From sequence record SRR22947725_3552: a DNA stretch of 64,000 nucleotides. One strand, written 5' to 3'. The position numbers and the translations under genes are program-made. Each line of letters starts with the position of its first letter. The first letter of the stretch is position 1. Shown one piece after another: positions 48,446 to 59,297 of the stretch. The notes under the pieces were generated by a model. The model searched no databases. It was not told where the DNA came from and saw only the letters and a program-made list of their open reading frames with translations.

Positions 48446-51400
48446 TCAACGGTGGAAGATGCTGGCTACGATGTGATTCACTTTTTCGCGCGCATCCTCG
48501 ATCAAGGTGTAAAACACGGGCACGGCGAGCAATGTGAACAAGGTTGCTGAGGTCATTCCTCCGATGAGCACCAGACCGAAGCTTTTGAAGTTCACTCCCA
48601 TTTCAACTGAATTCCCAAAAGTCAAAGGTATCATGCCGCATATCGTGGTCATGGCTGTCATGATAATGGGCCGAAAACGATGTTTGGCCGCTCGCAGAAG
48701 CGCCTCGGTTCGTGTTACGCCTGAGCGACGAAGCCTGTTGGCATAATCAACGAGAACTATACCGTTATTGACCACGATACCGACTAAAAACATTGCCCCT
48801 GTGTAAACCATCTGGTCGATGAAGGTGTTGGACAACTTCAAAGCCAAAACGGCTCCCATGGATGCGAGCGGAATGGTGAGAATAATCGAAAGTGGTATCA
48901 ACATGCTCTCAAAGAAAAAAGCCATGATCATGTATACAAAGACAATGGAAAGAATCAGCATGATGGATCCTTGTTGACGATCTTCATCATCAATTGTTTT
49001 TTGTGGACGATCAAAGGAAACCCCCTCGGGAAGGTTAATATTTTTTTTTGCTTCCTCAATAGCGCGCTTGATCTTCCACCCATCTGGTCCAGGCTTGAGC
49101 TTCATACCGAAATATTCACTGACTTTTTTATCGCGCCGGGTGATTGCATTATCTTCGTTATTTAGAAAAGCAGTGCGAGTCACCGCTCCCACCGTACTGA
49201 CACGGCCATCTTCTGTTGGAATTTGAAAATTATCGAGGTCAGCCAATTCGGATCGATCTTCCTCATTAAATAACAGATTCATCGGTATTTGGCGCCCTTT
49301 GTAGTTGAACCGCGGAAGGTTTTCTCCTCGAACCGCTGTTCCAATAGTTCCAGCAAGCGTGCTTGGGTTGATACCGATTGAACTGGCTTTTTCACGATCC
49401 ACGTAGAGTGCCAGTTCGCTAGGACCATCTTCATCCGTATCTTTGCTTAAAAATGAAACCACACCGGGAATCATCTCAAAGGTCGGCTTCAGGTTTTCAG
49501 CAACTTCCTTGAGCAGCTCAGGATCATCACCTACAAGACGAACATAATGCATATTCTTTTGATCGTCTTTCTTCTCTGAACCTTCTTTCCCCTTGTATTG
49601 CACCCGAACCCCGGGTGCCTCCGGGAAATCTTCATAAAGCTTATCAATGGCCTCCTCACGAGTCAGTTCACAGACACGGTCAGGAGCGAAAAAACCAGCG
49701 AAGAGCCCATACCATTTTCCGTAGTGAACCTCATGCGCTTTTAATCCGTAGACCTCTTTATTTTTTTCAACGAGATCCTCGACCTTCTTGAAATAAGCAA
49801 GTCGCTGATCCATGGTGAATTTTTCTGGAAACTTTACTTGAATCCGAAAATAACGAATAAGGTCAGCCTTCTTATCCGTCATGTTGAGCGTCCCTCCCAT
49901 CCACCATGTTGCAGCCAGTAAAGCAATGAGGATGACCGATAAATCCAAGCGCCTTTTGAGGAAGAATTTCAAGGCAGCGTTGTAACCGTGATTGAATCTC
50001 TCGAAGGTGGCCATATAAACGGTTTTGAAAACTCGCCCAAAGAAACCTGAAAAATGCTTAGTCTGCCCCTCATTCGGTGCGTGCGTTTTTGGAAGTGTAA
50101 GGTAGACACACAGAGGGATAAACATGAGAGCGGTCCCCAGAGACGCAGCAATGGAGGCAATCACGGGAAGTGACATGTTCTGAGCATAGAACCGCATCTC
50201 TCCGTCAATCAACAGAGTGGAGCCAAAGACAATCAGAGTCGTCAATGTGGCAATCGTAATCGCAAACCCGATTTCACTCACGCCCCTCAGGCAGGCATCC
50301 AGTCGCGAAGCTCCATCTTGATGATGTCGATGTATGTTTTCGGCCATGACAACGGAATTATCAACCAGCAATCCCACACAAATCACCAGTCCCATGATAG
50401 TAAGGCTGTTCAAGGTTTGCCCCATGAAAAACATGGCAGCCAATGCAATGAGGAGACAGAGCGGAATAGCCAGCGCAATGATCATGGTCATGCGAAATTG
50501 GCGCAGAAAAAAGAACAGTACAACAGCAGCCATGACGGCACCCAGCTGGCCATTACTGATAAGATGATTCAAGCGCTGCATGATTTCCTCACCTTGGTTG
50601 TCATAGACACTGAGATCGAACCCCTTCAGTTTGGGATTCGCCTTGATCTCATCAATCGCAGCAACCACACGCTTACTGACCTCCACCGTGTTGGCCTCCC
50701 CTTCCCTTTTGACCTGAATCCCGTTGGCAGGCTGAGAATTGTAACGATACAAGCGCTCGGCTTCTTCAGGTTCATAAACAATCTGGGCGATGTCCTTGAG
50801 AAACACATCTGGCCGAATTGGAATATTCTTTATCTCTTCAAGTGTGTTGAATTCCGTACTGGATTTGAGTCTGAATTTCTTTCCTCCATCAACGACCGAA
50901 CCACTGGCTAGCGTAAAATTATCAGACCGTAAAAGTTGCCCCAACTGCCGGATATTAATCCCGTGTGCCTCTGCGCGTTGTTTATCGACTTCAATCTTGA
51001 TGATTCGGCGATAGATCCGAAATTCCACGTCCGCCACCCCCATGATGCGCTGAATGGGAGCAATCACATGCTTTTCGATGAGGGTGTAATAGTCGGAGCT
51101 GGGATCGTAACTTATTCGAAACCCGACCACAGGTTCGGCACCCGGCTGATGCTTGTAGATGTATGTCCTGTCAACATCCTCAGGAAACCGAAGTCGAGCG
51201 CGTTCGGCACGATCACGCACTTCGCGGTAAGCAACGTCCATATCAGTACCATGCTTGAAATGTAATTCAACCCGCGAACCCCATTTATAGCCATGTGTCT
51301 CGATGGACTTGAGACCACGCACTGTACTTAATTCTTCTTCCAGAGGTAAACCGATCTTGTCCATCGTCTCGGGAGGGACACCCACATTCCATCGAACATT

Positions 51401-51568
51401 GACAGACATGTAATGGCCTTGGAGTCCTCTGGGGTTCATTTCCAAGGGTAATCGCACCGCGGAAATCACTCCGACCGCCACAATAGTCAGGAAAACCACA
51501 AACATTGTGATACGCCGTTTGATGGAAAAACGGGCGATGCTAAGGACCATATTGTGAGTGTCCATCAT
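48446..51568 (-). CDS. RND efflux transporter permease subunit (AcrB/MdtC-like)
   Basis: GLLVDNSVVMAENI, GIVVNNGIVLVD, RFRPIIMT; 1040 aa with two large periplasmic loops. Confidence 0.93.
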   Translation of the reverse strand: MMDTHNMVLSIARFSIKRRITMFVVFLTIVAVGVISAVRLPLEMNPRGLQGHYMSVNVRWNVGVPPETMDKIGLPLEEELSTVRGLKSIETHGYKWGSRVELHFKHGTDMDVAYREVRDRAERARLRFPEDVDRTYIYKHQPGAEPVVGFRISYDPSSDYYTLIEKHVIAPIQRIMGVADVEFRIYRRIIKIEVDKQRAEAHGINIRQLGQLLRSDNFTLASGSVVDGGKKFRLKSSTEFNTLEEIKNIPIRPDVFLKDIAQIVYEPEEAERLYRYNSQPANGIQVKREGEANTVEVSKRVVAAIDEIKANPKLKGFDLSVYDNQGEEIMQRLNHLISNGQLGAVMAAVVLFFFLRQFRMTMIIALAIPLCLLIALAAMFFMGQTLNSLTIMGLVICVGLLVDNSVVMAENIHRHHQDGASRLDACLRGVSEIGFAITIATLTTLIVFGSTLLIDGEMRFYAQNMSLPVIASIAASLGTALMFIPLCVYLTLPKTHAPNEGQTKHFSGFFGRVFKTVYMATFERFNHGYNAALKFFLKRRLDLSVILIALLAATWWMGGTLNMTDKKADLIRYFRIQVKFPEKFTMDQRLAYFKKVEDLVEKNKEVYGLKAHEVHYGKWYGLFAGFFAPDRVCELTREEAIDKLYEDFPEAPGVRVQYKGKEGSEKKDDQKNMHYVRLVGDDPELLKEVAENLKPTFEMIPGVVSFLSKDTDEDGPSELALYVDREKASSIGINPSTLAGTIGTAVRGENLPRFNYKGRQIPMNLLFNEEDRSELADLDNFQIPTEDGRVSTVGAVTRTAFLNNEDNAITRRDKKVSEYFGMKLKPGPDGWKIKRAIEEAKKNINLPEGVSFDRPQKTIDDEDRQQGSIMLILSIVFVYMIMAFFFESMLIPLSIILTIPLASMGAVLALKLSNTFIDQMVYTGAMFLVGIVVNNGIVLVDYANRLRRSGVTRTEALLRAAKHRFRPIIMTAMTTICGMIPLTFGNSVEMGVNFKSFGLVLIGGMTSATLFTLLAVPVFYTLIEDAREKVNHIVASIFHR

Positions 51569-54500
51569 ACTGATTCAGTCGTGTCCGGTGTTTGAAAAAA
51601 ACGTTCCCCAGCGCGTCCAAGAATGTAGTAAATCGTCGGAATGATCAACAGGGTGAGGAGTGTTGATGTCAACAGTCCGCAGATCACGGTAATCGCCATG
51701 GGCGTTCGAATCTCAGCTCCATCTCCCAGGCCCAACGCCATAGGGAAGAGTCCCAGCACTGTGGTTGCCGTTGTCATCAGGATAGGTCGCAAACGGACAT
51801 GACAGGCCTTCACGATAGACGGTTCCAAAGCCATTCCACGTCCGCGCAGCGTATTGGTATAATCTACTAACACGATCGCATTGTTCACCACAATACCAGC
51901 CAGCATGATCAATCCCAAAAAGACCACCACCGAAAGGTTCATATTCAATATTTTCAGACCAACCACTGTTCCGACAAATGCCATCGGGATGGTGAACATG
52001 ATAATGAAGGGCTGGATTAAAGATTCAAACTGAGACGCCATGATCACAAAGACAAGAAAAACACTCAAACCAAGGGCAAGATAAAGACTGGAACGACTGC
52101 GTTTCCATTCCTGATTTTGTCCCGTGATCACAAAGTCCATGTAATCCGGCCAGATCATTTTTTCGTTCAATAAGGATTGCACAGCTGCCACTGAGGCCCC
52201 AAGCGATCCACCACCAATGTTCGCCTGAACCAATGCCACACGCTTTCCATCGATACGGCGAATTTCACTCGGCCCTTCTCCAACGGACATGTCAGCGATG
52301 GCATTCAGTGGCAATGGTGTTCCTCTTCCTGGATTGATGATCAATTTCCCTATATCCCCGACTTCTTCCCGATCTCCTTCGGAAAGCCTTACCATGATCG
52401 GTACCCGTCGATCCCGTCGATTCAGACGAGTGGCTTCAGCACCTTTGACCATGTCTCGAACCTGATTGGCAACAGAATTGATGTTGAGTCCATGACGCAT
52501 GATTTGGTGGCGATCATATGAAATCTGCACCTCAGGAGCTCCACTGCGCAAGGTAGGCTCAACGTCCGCAAGTTCTGATGATTTGGACAAAATTAAAGTT
52601 GTTTCATCCGAAAACCCCTTCAACTCATCCAAGTCCTCGCCATTTATTTGAACGACCACTGGCTTCTTGGAACTGAAAAGGACGGGGCGCGTGACACGCA
52701 TATTTAAATCCGGCACCTGTTCAAACAAAGAACGCAGCGCTGCAATCACGCGATTTTCCGTTTCCTTGGGTTTGCCTGAAGGCTGGAGAAGGACTTTGAA
52801 TTTGGCCGAATGTTCTCCTTCATCCGAACTTTTCATGTTCGTCGTGTCAAAACCATACATGACAAGCAGGGTTTCAATCTGAAGAGCAGCCTTCCTTTTC
52901 AGTATTTCAGATTCCACACGATCAAGCGCCGCCACTGTTTCATCCAGGGGGGTCCCCACTGGGAGCGCAACTTCAAAAGTAAATTCACTTTGGTGCACCT
53001 CGGGAAGTAATTCAGATTGAAGCCCCCTTCCGACCAGCCAGGTTAAGAAAACGCAAGCCACGGCCAGAAGCAAAATGACTGGAGGATGGGCTAAGGACCA
53101 TCGCAGCAGTTTCACGTAAACCGTCTGCTCCTCTTTGATATCGTCTGATTCCTTGGATCGCTCGAACAAGCCCCTCAGTAAATGAATGACTTTGACGGCA
53201 AGATACGAAATTCCAGCAAATAGCCGCACGGTCCAAATTAAATTAAGGCCTATCAATTCAAGCCCCATCGACAAAGGCAACCTCAGCAATTGGTAAGGCA
53301 ACAAAAGATAAAAGACGAAATTGCGTTGATTGAATGCCTTTTGAAATGCATGTATGGAATACCAGAGCTCAGATAATGTCATACCGACACGTTGGGGTTC
53401 TGATATGCGTGTTTTTGAAACAGCAATCACCAAGGGAATAAATCCAATCTGCGCCCAGAACGTTGCAACACTCCACATGAGTGAAGAATATTTGATCGCG
53501 TTTTCCGGGTTGGGATCACTACTCCAGTAATTCATCCCCATGGCAGTCAAGCATGCGATGACAGCAGACATGACTAACAAGCCCAGCAAGGGAAGCACAA
53601 ATCGCAGGACAAATGTGGCGGGACTGATTCTTCCCGTCAGATCACTGAGTGGGTGCGATACCATCGTGCTTCCATTCTTGAGTTTGATACCTGAACGGCT
53701 TGCAAGCATGGGAATAAACCATACTGCCACAATGAGAGAAGCAAGCAATGAGGTGACAACAGTCAAACCCAAATCACCGAAAACCTGCCCCGCCATTCCT
53801 TCCACAAAGACCATGGGAAAAAAGACACACACGCTTGTCAGAGTCGAGGCGATAACAGCCCCACGCACTTCTCTTGTGCCACGAATGGCAGCTTCGCGCA
53901 TGGAATCTCCCTCTTCCCTGCAGCGGTAGATGGACTCCAAAACCACAATGGAGGAATCCACCAACATTCCAATGCCCATGGCCAGTCCTCCGAGCGACAT
54001 GATGTTCAGTGAAACACCGAGGATATTAAGCGGGGCAAACGTTACAAAAATTGAAATAGGGATACTGACTGCAATGATGGATGTGGTGCGTAAATCACGC
54101 AGAAAAACCAGGAGAACGACAATGGCCAGGAGTCCTCCTGCAATAGCGGTGCTTTTAACTTCATTGATACTGTTGTCAATGAAGATAGAACGGTCAGCAA
54201 CCACCTGAAGCACGACATTCTCTTCTTCAAATAATTTTCCCGCGATACTTTTTCGGCGCCCGTCCTTGATGGAACCGACGGCGGTTTTGATCAATTCAGC
54301 AACAGCGACCATGTTGGAGTCAGCTTCTTTGTAAACATCGATCTGGACACTTTCCCCACCGTTGGTCTGAGTCAACATTTCACGGTCTCGCTGCCCATAA
54401 ACCACCTGAGCCAAATCTTTTAATCGAATTTCTCGACCGTCCCGGCGATACACAATTGTATCTTTGATCTCTTCAAGGTCTTGATACTCATTGATCGTTC

Positions 54501-55251
54501 GGATCATGTATTCAGCTTCACCTTCTCGTATTCGTCCACCGGCAGCGTTGATATTTTCCGCACTCAGCCGATTGATTACCTGACTGATGGATAGGTTGGC
54601 ACGCTGCAGTTTTGTAGCATCAATGAGGACGTGGATCTCTTCCTCCAACCCCCCTCGAACACGCGCAGCCGCGACACCTTTAATGGGTTCAAGAGCCCGC
54701 TTTACTTGCAGTTCACCAATCCTGCGCAAACGCCTGGCTGAGGCATTTTCGACCATGGCTTGAACTTCCATGCTGGCTAATTCAGCACTCTCCTCATCCA
54801 CACCTGAGGCAGAAGACAGGCTCAGTTCCATTACAGGATCCAGAGATGGATCATAATGCAGGAGCAAAGGTTTCTCTGCCCCACGCGGCAAGCGCACTGT
54901 ATCCAATTTTTCCAAAGTGTTTTGGATGGCGTCAACCATCGATGTGCCCCACATGAACTCAAGGACAACATCACTCACACCGGCCCGACTGATGCTGCTG
55001 ATTTCATTCAGCCCGCTGACCACTCCAAGCTGTTCTTCAATTTGACGACTGATATCATTCTCCACTTCCTCAGGTGCGGCCCCAGGATATGCAGTGCGAA
55101 CGGTGAGTGTCGGATAACTCATTTCAGGCATGAGTGTCACCGGGAGTCGCCCCAAGGAAAAATACCCGAAGACGACCGCTGCCAGAAAAACCATCAGAAC
55201 AGCAACTGGTCGATCTGTGGTGAAATTTGGATTTTTATGAGCAGGTTCCAT
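51565..55251 (-). CDS. RND efflux transporter permease subunit with an internal hydrophobic insertion
   Basis: YPGAAPEEVE, GMLVDSSIVVLE, GIVVNNAIVLVD, RLRPILMT; 1228 aa. Confidence 0.93.
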   Translation of the reverse strand: MEPAHKNPNFTTDRPVAVLMVFLAAVVFGYFSLGRLPVTLMPEMSYPTLTVRTAYPGAAPEEVENDISRQIEEQLGVVSGLNEISSISRAGVSDVVLEFMWGTSMVDAIQNTLEKLDTVRLPRGAEKPLLLHYDPSLDPVMELSLSSASGVDEESAELASMEVQAMVENASARRLRRIGELQVKRALEPIKGVAAARVRGGLEEEIHVLIDATKLQRANLSISQVINRLSAENINAAGGRIREGEAEYMIRTINEYQDLEEIKDTIVYRRDGREIRLKDLAQVVYGQRDREMLTQTNGGESVQIDVYKEADSNMVAVAELIKTAVGSIKDGRRKSIAGKLFEEENVVLQVVADRSIFIDNSINEVKSTAIAGGLLAIVVLLVFLRDLRTTSIIAVSIPISIFVTFAPLNILGVSLNIMSLGGLAMGIGMLVDSSIVVLESIYRCREEGDSMREAAIRGTREVRGAVIASTLTSVCVFFPMVFVEGMAGQVFGDLGLTVVTSLLASLIVAVWFIPMLASRSGIKLKNGSTMVSHPLSDLTGRISPATFVLRFVLPLLGLLVMSAVIACLTAMGMNYWSSDPNPENAIKYSSLMWSVATFWAQIGFIPLVIAVSKTRISEPQRVGMTLSELWYSIHAFQKAFNQRNFVFYLLLPYQLLRLPLSMGLELIGLNLIWTVRLFAGISYLAVKVIHLLRGLFERSKESDDIKEEQTVYVKLLRWSLAHPPVILLLAVACVFLTWLVGRGLQSELLPEVHQSEFTFEVALPVGTPLDETVAALDRVESEILKRKAALQIETLLVMYGFDTTNMKSSDEGEHSAKFKVLLQPSGKPKETENRVIAALRSLFEQVPDLNMRVTRPVLFSSKKPVVVQINGEDLDELKGFSDETTLILSKSSELADVEPTLRSGAPEVQISYDRHQIMRHGLNINSVANQVRDMVKGAEATRLNRRDRRVPIMVRLSEGDREEVGDIGKLIINPGRGTPLPLNAIADMSVGEGPSEIRRIDGKRVALVQANIGGGSLGASVAAVQSLLNEKMIWPDYMDFVITGQNQEWKRSRSSLYLALGLSVFLVFVIMASQFESLIQPFIIMFTIPMAFVGTVVGLKILNMNLSVVVFLGLIMLAGIVVNNAIVLVDYTNTLRGRGMALEPSIVKACHVRLRPILMTTATTVLGLFPMALGLGDGAEIRTPMAITVICGLLTSTLLTLLIIPTIYYILGRAGERFFQTPDTTESV

Positions 55252-55269
55252 GAGGATTGGAATATTAGC

Positions 55270-56505
55270 CTACTTTCCTGACTTGGGTTTTGAGGGATTC
55301 TGGACGGCAGGACTTGATGCATCAGCGACATTGCCTGACTCCACTGGATCCTGGACTGATTCCAGTTCTGAAAGTTCACGAATCGCAGAATCATCTTTCA
55401 ATCCACCTTGCCCGGCTACGACAATCAAATCACCCTCCTCAAAACCATCGACCGGTTCAATATGCTCTTTATCACTGTTACGAACGACAACGAGCTGCCG
55501 CTTCGCCCGACGCACACCCTCTTCATCGGTATCCACCTTGAAAGCAAAGGTTTGATCAACGGCATAAGTGATGGAACGTTTGGGAATCAATATAGCCTCA
55601 TCGTTCTCATCCAACACCAACTCAACTTGAACCCACATCCCCGGGGACAGGGAACCCCGTTCTTTAACTCCCACCACTACCTTGACAGTACCTGCTTCGG
55701 CATCGACGACAGGAGAAATTCTTTTGACGTAACCTTCAAATACCTGGTTATCCAGTGTCGCGGAGATCAAACGTGCCTGCATGTCCTTCTTTAGTTTGGG
55801 CAGGTATTGCTCCGGGGCGTGCACCACGGCAACGGTAGATTCCAAATTTATGATTTCGAAGATCGAAGTTCCTGTGGTGACCTTATCTCCCACTTTGACG
55901 GATCGAGCGGTGATAGTTCCTTGGATAGGGGCGCGAACTTCGGTGTAATCAAGGTCACGTTTGGCGGTATCCAACTGCAATCTGGCCTGATCATAGGCGA
56001 ATTTTGCGTTCAGGTATTCGGACTCACTGATCAGGCTCTCTTTGTATAATTTCTCAAGTCGTTCAAATTCAACGCGCGCTTTGTCAAACTGAGTCATTGC
56101 CTGGTCGTAGGCAGTCTTTTGACGGTCACTCTCCAACCGAAGCAGGACTTGATCTTTTTCAACGTGATCCCCTTCTTCAACCAGCAATTCGATCGCTGGA
56201 TTTTGAGTGCGGGCCAATACCTGTACCTGTTCTTCCGCTTGAAGTGCTGCCGAGCGTTCCAGAATTTCTTCAATCGTTCCTCGCTTGATTTCCATCAATT
56301 CCACCAAAACAGGCTTGGATTGAGGGCTGTTCTTGGTTGCCTTGGTCGCAGGGCTATCGTTGACCTCGCCTGCTGTGTCTTTACCACAACCTTGCAAAGC
56401 AATGAACGCAATCAGGCAAACAATGATTTGGGTTGAATGAACAAAACTCAAATTAAACTTTAGTAAGCGGATTATCATTTTAAAATAACTCTTCATCGAA
56501 TACAC
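55270..56505 (-). CDS. RND periplasmic adaptor (membrane fusion protein), probable lipoprotein
   Basis: IALQGC lipobox, LVEEGDHV, VRAPIQGTI, RISPVVD, LSPGMWV. Start uncertain. Confidence 0.92.
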   Translation of the reverse strand: MYSMKSYFKMIIRLLKFNLSFVHSTQIIVCLIAFIALQGCGKDTAGEVNDSPATKATKNSPQSKPVLVELMEIKRGTIEEILERSAALQAEEQVQVLARTQNPAIELLVEEGDHVEKDQVLLRLESDRQKTAYDQAMTQFDKARVEFERLEKLYKESLISESEYLNAKFAYDQARLQLDTAKRDLDYTEVRAPIQGTITARSVKVGDKVTTGTSIFEIINLESTVAVVHAPEQYLPKLKKDMQARLISATLDNQVFEGYVKRISPVVDAEAGTVKVVVGVKERGSLSPGMWVQVELVLDENDEAILIPKRSITYAVDQTFAFKVDTDEEGVRRAKRQLVVVRNSDKEHIEPVDGFEEGDLIVVAGQGGLKDDSAIRELSELESVQDPVESGNVADASSPAVQNPSKPKSGK

Positions 56506-56798
56506 GAATACGCCAAAATTAGTGTATTTTTCTTGAGATGTCAGTAACTCAACAGTCCAAGATGGAATCTCAAATTAAACTGATTCAATTGTCCCTCTGG
56601 AACGATTGATGTCATGGAGAGGCAACGATCTGAATGGTTATTTACTGACAAATTTTTCTAAAAAGTCTTTGGCAACCAAAAAACAGATAATTGCAAGCAA
56701 TGCCCGCCCAAGGCATCGAACACTCTGTTAAATTGAGCTTCCTCCGAGGTTGTGCCTTTCCTTTTGTTTTCGTAATCTCGAGAGGCGTATCAAACAGT

Positions 56799-57788
56799 AT
56801 GGAGTTTTTTCCAGAGGGCATTTATCTAATCAGTTGGTTCGGGGCCATGACTGCCACATTGCTGGCAACTGGCATTTGGATTCCCTGGTGCATTCGGCAT
56901 GACTGGATGGATCAACCCGGCCATCGCAAGATTCACAAGCAGCCAATCGCTTTGGCAGGAGGAATGGCACTTGGAACTGCGCTGTTTACAATTTTCGGGG
57001 GTGCATGGATCCTCGTGGTAGCAAACCTTCTTCCCAGTGAAGCAGTCGCAAGCCTTGAATATGGTTTTCGTCAGCGGGGTTTGCAGATCATTGGCTTAGT
57101 GGGAGGCATATTCATCATGCTTGGTATTGGCTTATGGGACGACAAACATCTACCTAAACCAGGCCCGAAATTTCTCGCTCAATCACTCGCAGCCCTTCTG
57201 GTTGCCGCCTGTGGCATCAAGGTCACATTGTTTATTGAAAACGTTTTCTTTAGTTATCTGATCACCTGGTTTTGGATTTTACTGGTGGTGAATGCCTGCA
57301 ACTTCGTGGACAATATGAATGGTCTCTGTGCGGGTTTAGCAGCTATCAGCGCCTTATTTTTCGGGATACACTCAGCGTTGAACACACATTATTTAGTGGC
57401 AAGTTTGGCTTTTGCTGTCTGTGGCGCTTTGATGGGGTTTCTTCCTTTCAACTTTCCCAAGGCAAAATCCTTTCTGGGAGATTCAGGAAGTCATTTAACA
57501 GGGTTTTTAATGGCAATTTTATCGATACTTCCCCACTTTTACCATGAGGGCCAACCCAACCCTTTGGCAGTGATAAGCCCTTTGCCGATTCTAGGTATTT
57601 TCCTCATCGATTTTCTGTGGGTGATACTCTACAGACTCAAAATTGGCCAACCTGTTTACCAGGGTGATAACAATCACCTCTCCCACAAGCTGCATCAAAA
57701 TGGAAACAGCCAGAGACGCACGGTGGCAATCCTCTGGCTGATTCAAATCTTACTTGGGATATGTTCGCTTGGCCTGGTCAGGTCATGA
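56799..57788 (+). CDS. Second WecA/TagO/MraY-family polyprenyl-phosphate sugar-1-P transferase
   Basis: DQPGHRKIH...AGG, GLWDD, NACNFVDNMNGL, FNFPKAKSFLGDSGS, DNNHLSHKL. Confidence 0.9.
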   Translation: MEFFPEGIYLISWFGAMTATLLATGIWIPWCIRHDWMDQPGHRKIHKQPIALAGGMALGTALFTIFGGAWILVVANLLPSEAVASLEYGFRQRGLQIIGLVGGIFIMLGIGLWDDKHLPKPGPKFLAQSLAALLVAACGIKVTLFIENVFFSYLITWFWILLVVNACNFVDNMNGLCAGLAAISALFFGIHSALNTHYLVASLAFAVCGALMGFLPFNFPKAKSFLGDSGSHLTGFLMAILSILPHFYHEGQPNPLAVISPLPILGIFLIDFLWVILYRLKIGQPVYQGDNNHLSHKLHQNGNSQRRTVAILWLIQILLGICSLGLVRS

Positions 57789-59262
57789 TCTGATGAATCG
57801 GCTGGGCTCCTTCAACACCTACAAGGCGTTGATCCAGTCCCGCATAGAAATAAGTCAGATCCATCGGGTTCATCCCCATCAGGTTCAGAACAGTTGAGTG
57901 AAGGTGCTTGACCTGAAACCGATTGGTCACTGCTTGACTTCCAAGTTCATCAGTCTCTCCAACGCTGACGCCACCTTTGATACCACCGCCGGCCATCCAC
58001 ATCGTAAATCCATAGGCGTTATGATCACGTCCAGTGCCTTGAGCGTATTCAGCTGTTGGCTGGCGTCCAAATTCCCCTCCCCAGATGACAAGCGTCTCAT
58101 CCAACATCCCTCGCTGCTTTAGATCCTTGAGCAAACCCGCGATAGGTTTGTCGGTATTACCCGCATGCCAGTCGTGGTTTTTCTTTAGGTCTCCATGAGC
58201 ATCCCAATTCTGGTCATTGTGAGCACCTCCCGAGTAGATTTGAATAAATCGTACACCGCGTTCCACCAAGCGTCGGGCCAAAAGACATTTCTTACCAAAA
58301 TCCTCGGTGCGATCGTGGTCGATACCATACATTGTTTTGATGTGTTCTGCCTCCCCTTCCACATCCACTGCTTCAGGCGCGGAGGACTGCATCTTGTAAG
58401 CAAGTTCATAACTTGCTATGCGGGCAGCCAGATTACTGTTATCGACGCGTTCAGACAAATGCCCATGATTAAAATGGCTGAGATGTTTCAGTAACACCTG
58501 CTGCTCATTTGCACTCATGTTCCGAGCATTCTTCAGGTCAAGAATTGGAGTACCTTTCGGACGAAAAACGGTTCCTTGGTAAGAGGCTGGCATATAACCG
58601 CTGGTCCAGTTTTTGGCCCCACTGATCGGACCTCCAGACTGGTCGAGCATCACGACATAGCCTGGCAAGTTCTGGTTCGACGTACCAAGCCCATAGTTCA
58701 CCCAAGATCCCATTGAGGGGCGTCCACTCAAGATTTGACCACTATTCATCATTAACATGGCAGAACCATGAATGGGTGATTCAGCCGTCATCGAGTGAAT
58801 AAACGCGATATCGTCGACGTGCTCCCCGACATTGGGAAAAAGGTCGGACACATATTTACCGCTTTGCCCATACTGTTTGAAACCCCATTTAGGACCGACG
58901 ACGCGTCCTTGATTTTTGTGCCCACCGCGCCCGAAGGTCTTCACATCAATTGTCTTTCCATCGAGAGGATACAGGTCGGGCTTGTAATCAAATGTATCCA
59001 CGTGTGAGGGACCACCATACATGAACAAAAAGATCACATTCTTGGCCTTTGGAAGGAAATGTGGGGCCTTTGGCTTCATGGGGCTCATCCATTCGGTTTC
59101 ACCATCCGATGCCAAAGTCTGCTGAGAAAGAAATCCATCCTTTGCAAGCATGCCGGTAAGCGCCAGCGATGTAAAACCGCCTCCAATATTGTGGAGAAAT
59201 TCTCTACGGGTGCGCCGGCAAAAGCCGCCGCCAGGATTTGAACGATAGGATTGATTTTTCAT
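57778..59262 (-). CDS. DUF1501 domain protein (sulfatase-like), Tat signal
   Basis: RRTRREFL, KAKNVIFLFMYGGPSHVDTFDYKP, CLLARRLVERGVRF, WDAH, WGGEFGR, GRDHN. Confidence 0.93.
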   Translation of the reverse strand: MKNQSYRSNPGGGFCRRTRREFLHNIGGGFTSLALTGMLAKDGFLSQQTLASDGETEWMSPMKPKAPHFLPKAKNVIFLFMYGGPSHVDTFDYKPDLYPLDGKTIDVKTFGRGGHKNQGRVVGPKWGFKQYGQSGKYVSDLFPNVGEHVDDIAFIHSMTAESPIHGSAMLMMNSGQILSGRPSMGSWVNYGLGTSNQNLPGYVVMLDQSGGPISGAKNWTSGYMPASYQGTVFRPKGTPILDLKNARNMSANEQQVLLKHLSHFNHGHLSERVDNSNLAARIASYELAYKMQSSAPEAVDVEGEAEHIKTMYGIDHDRTEDFGKKCLLARRLVERGVRFIQIYSGGAHNDQNWDAHGDLKKNHDWHAGNTDKPIAGLLKDLKQRGMLDETLVIWGGEFGRQPTAEYAQGTGRDHNAYGFTMWMAGGGIKGGVSVGETDELGSQAVTNRFQVKHLHSTVLNLMGMNPMDLTYFYAGLDQRLVGVEGAQPIHQIMT

Positions 59263-59297
59263 GCGGCAGTGTGGAAATAATGCGTCAAAAAAGTTGT

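Noticed and set aside
50318..50911. 197-aa plus-strand ORF and the many other short overlapping ORFs in the track
   Set aside because: They are antisense or alternate-frame shadows of well-supported genes and carry no recognisable motifs.
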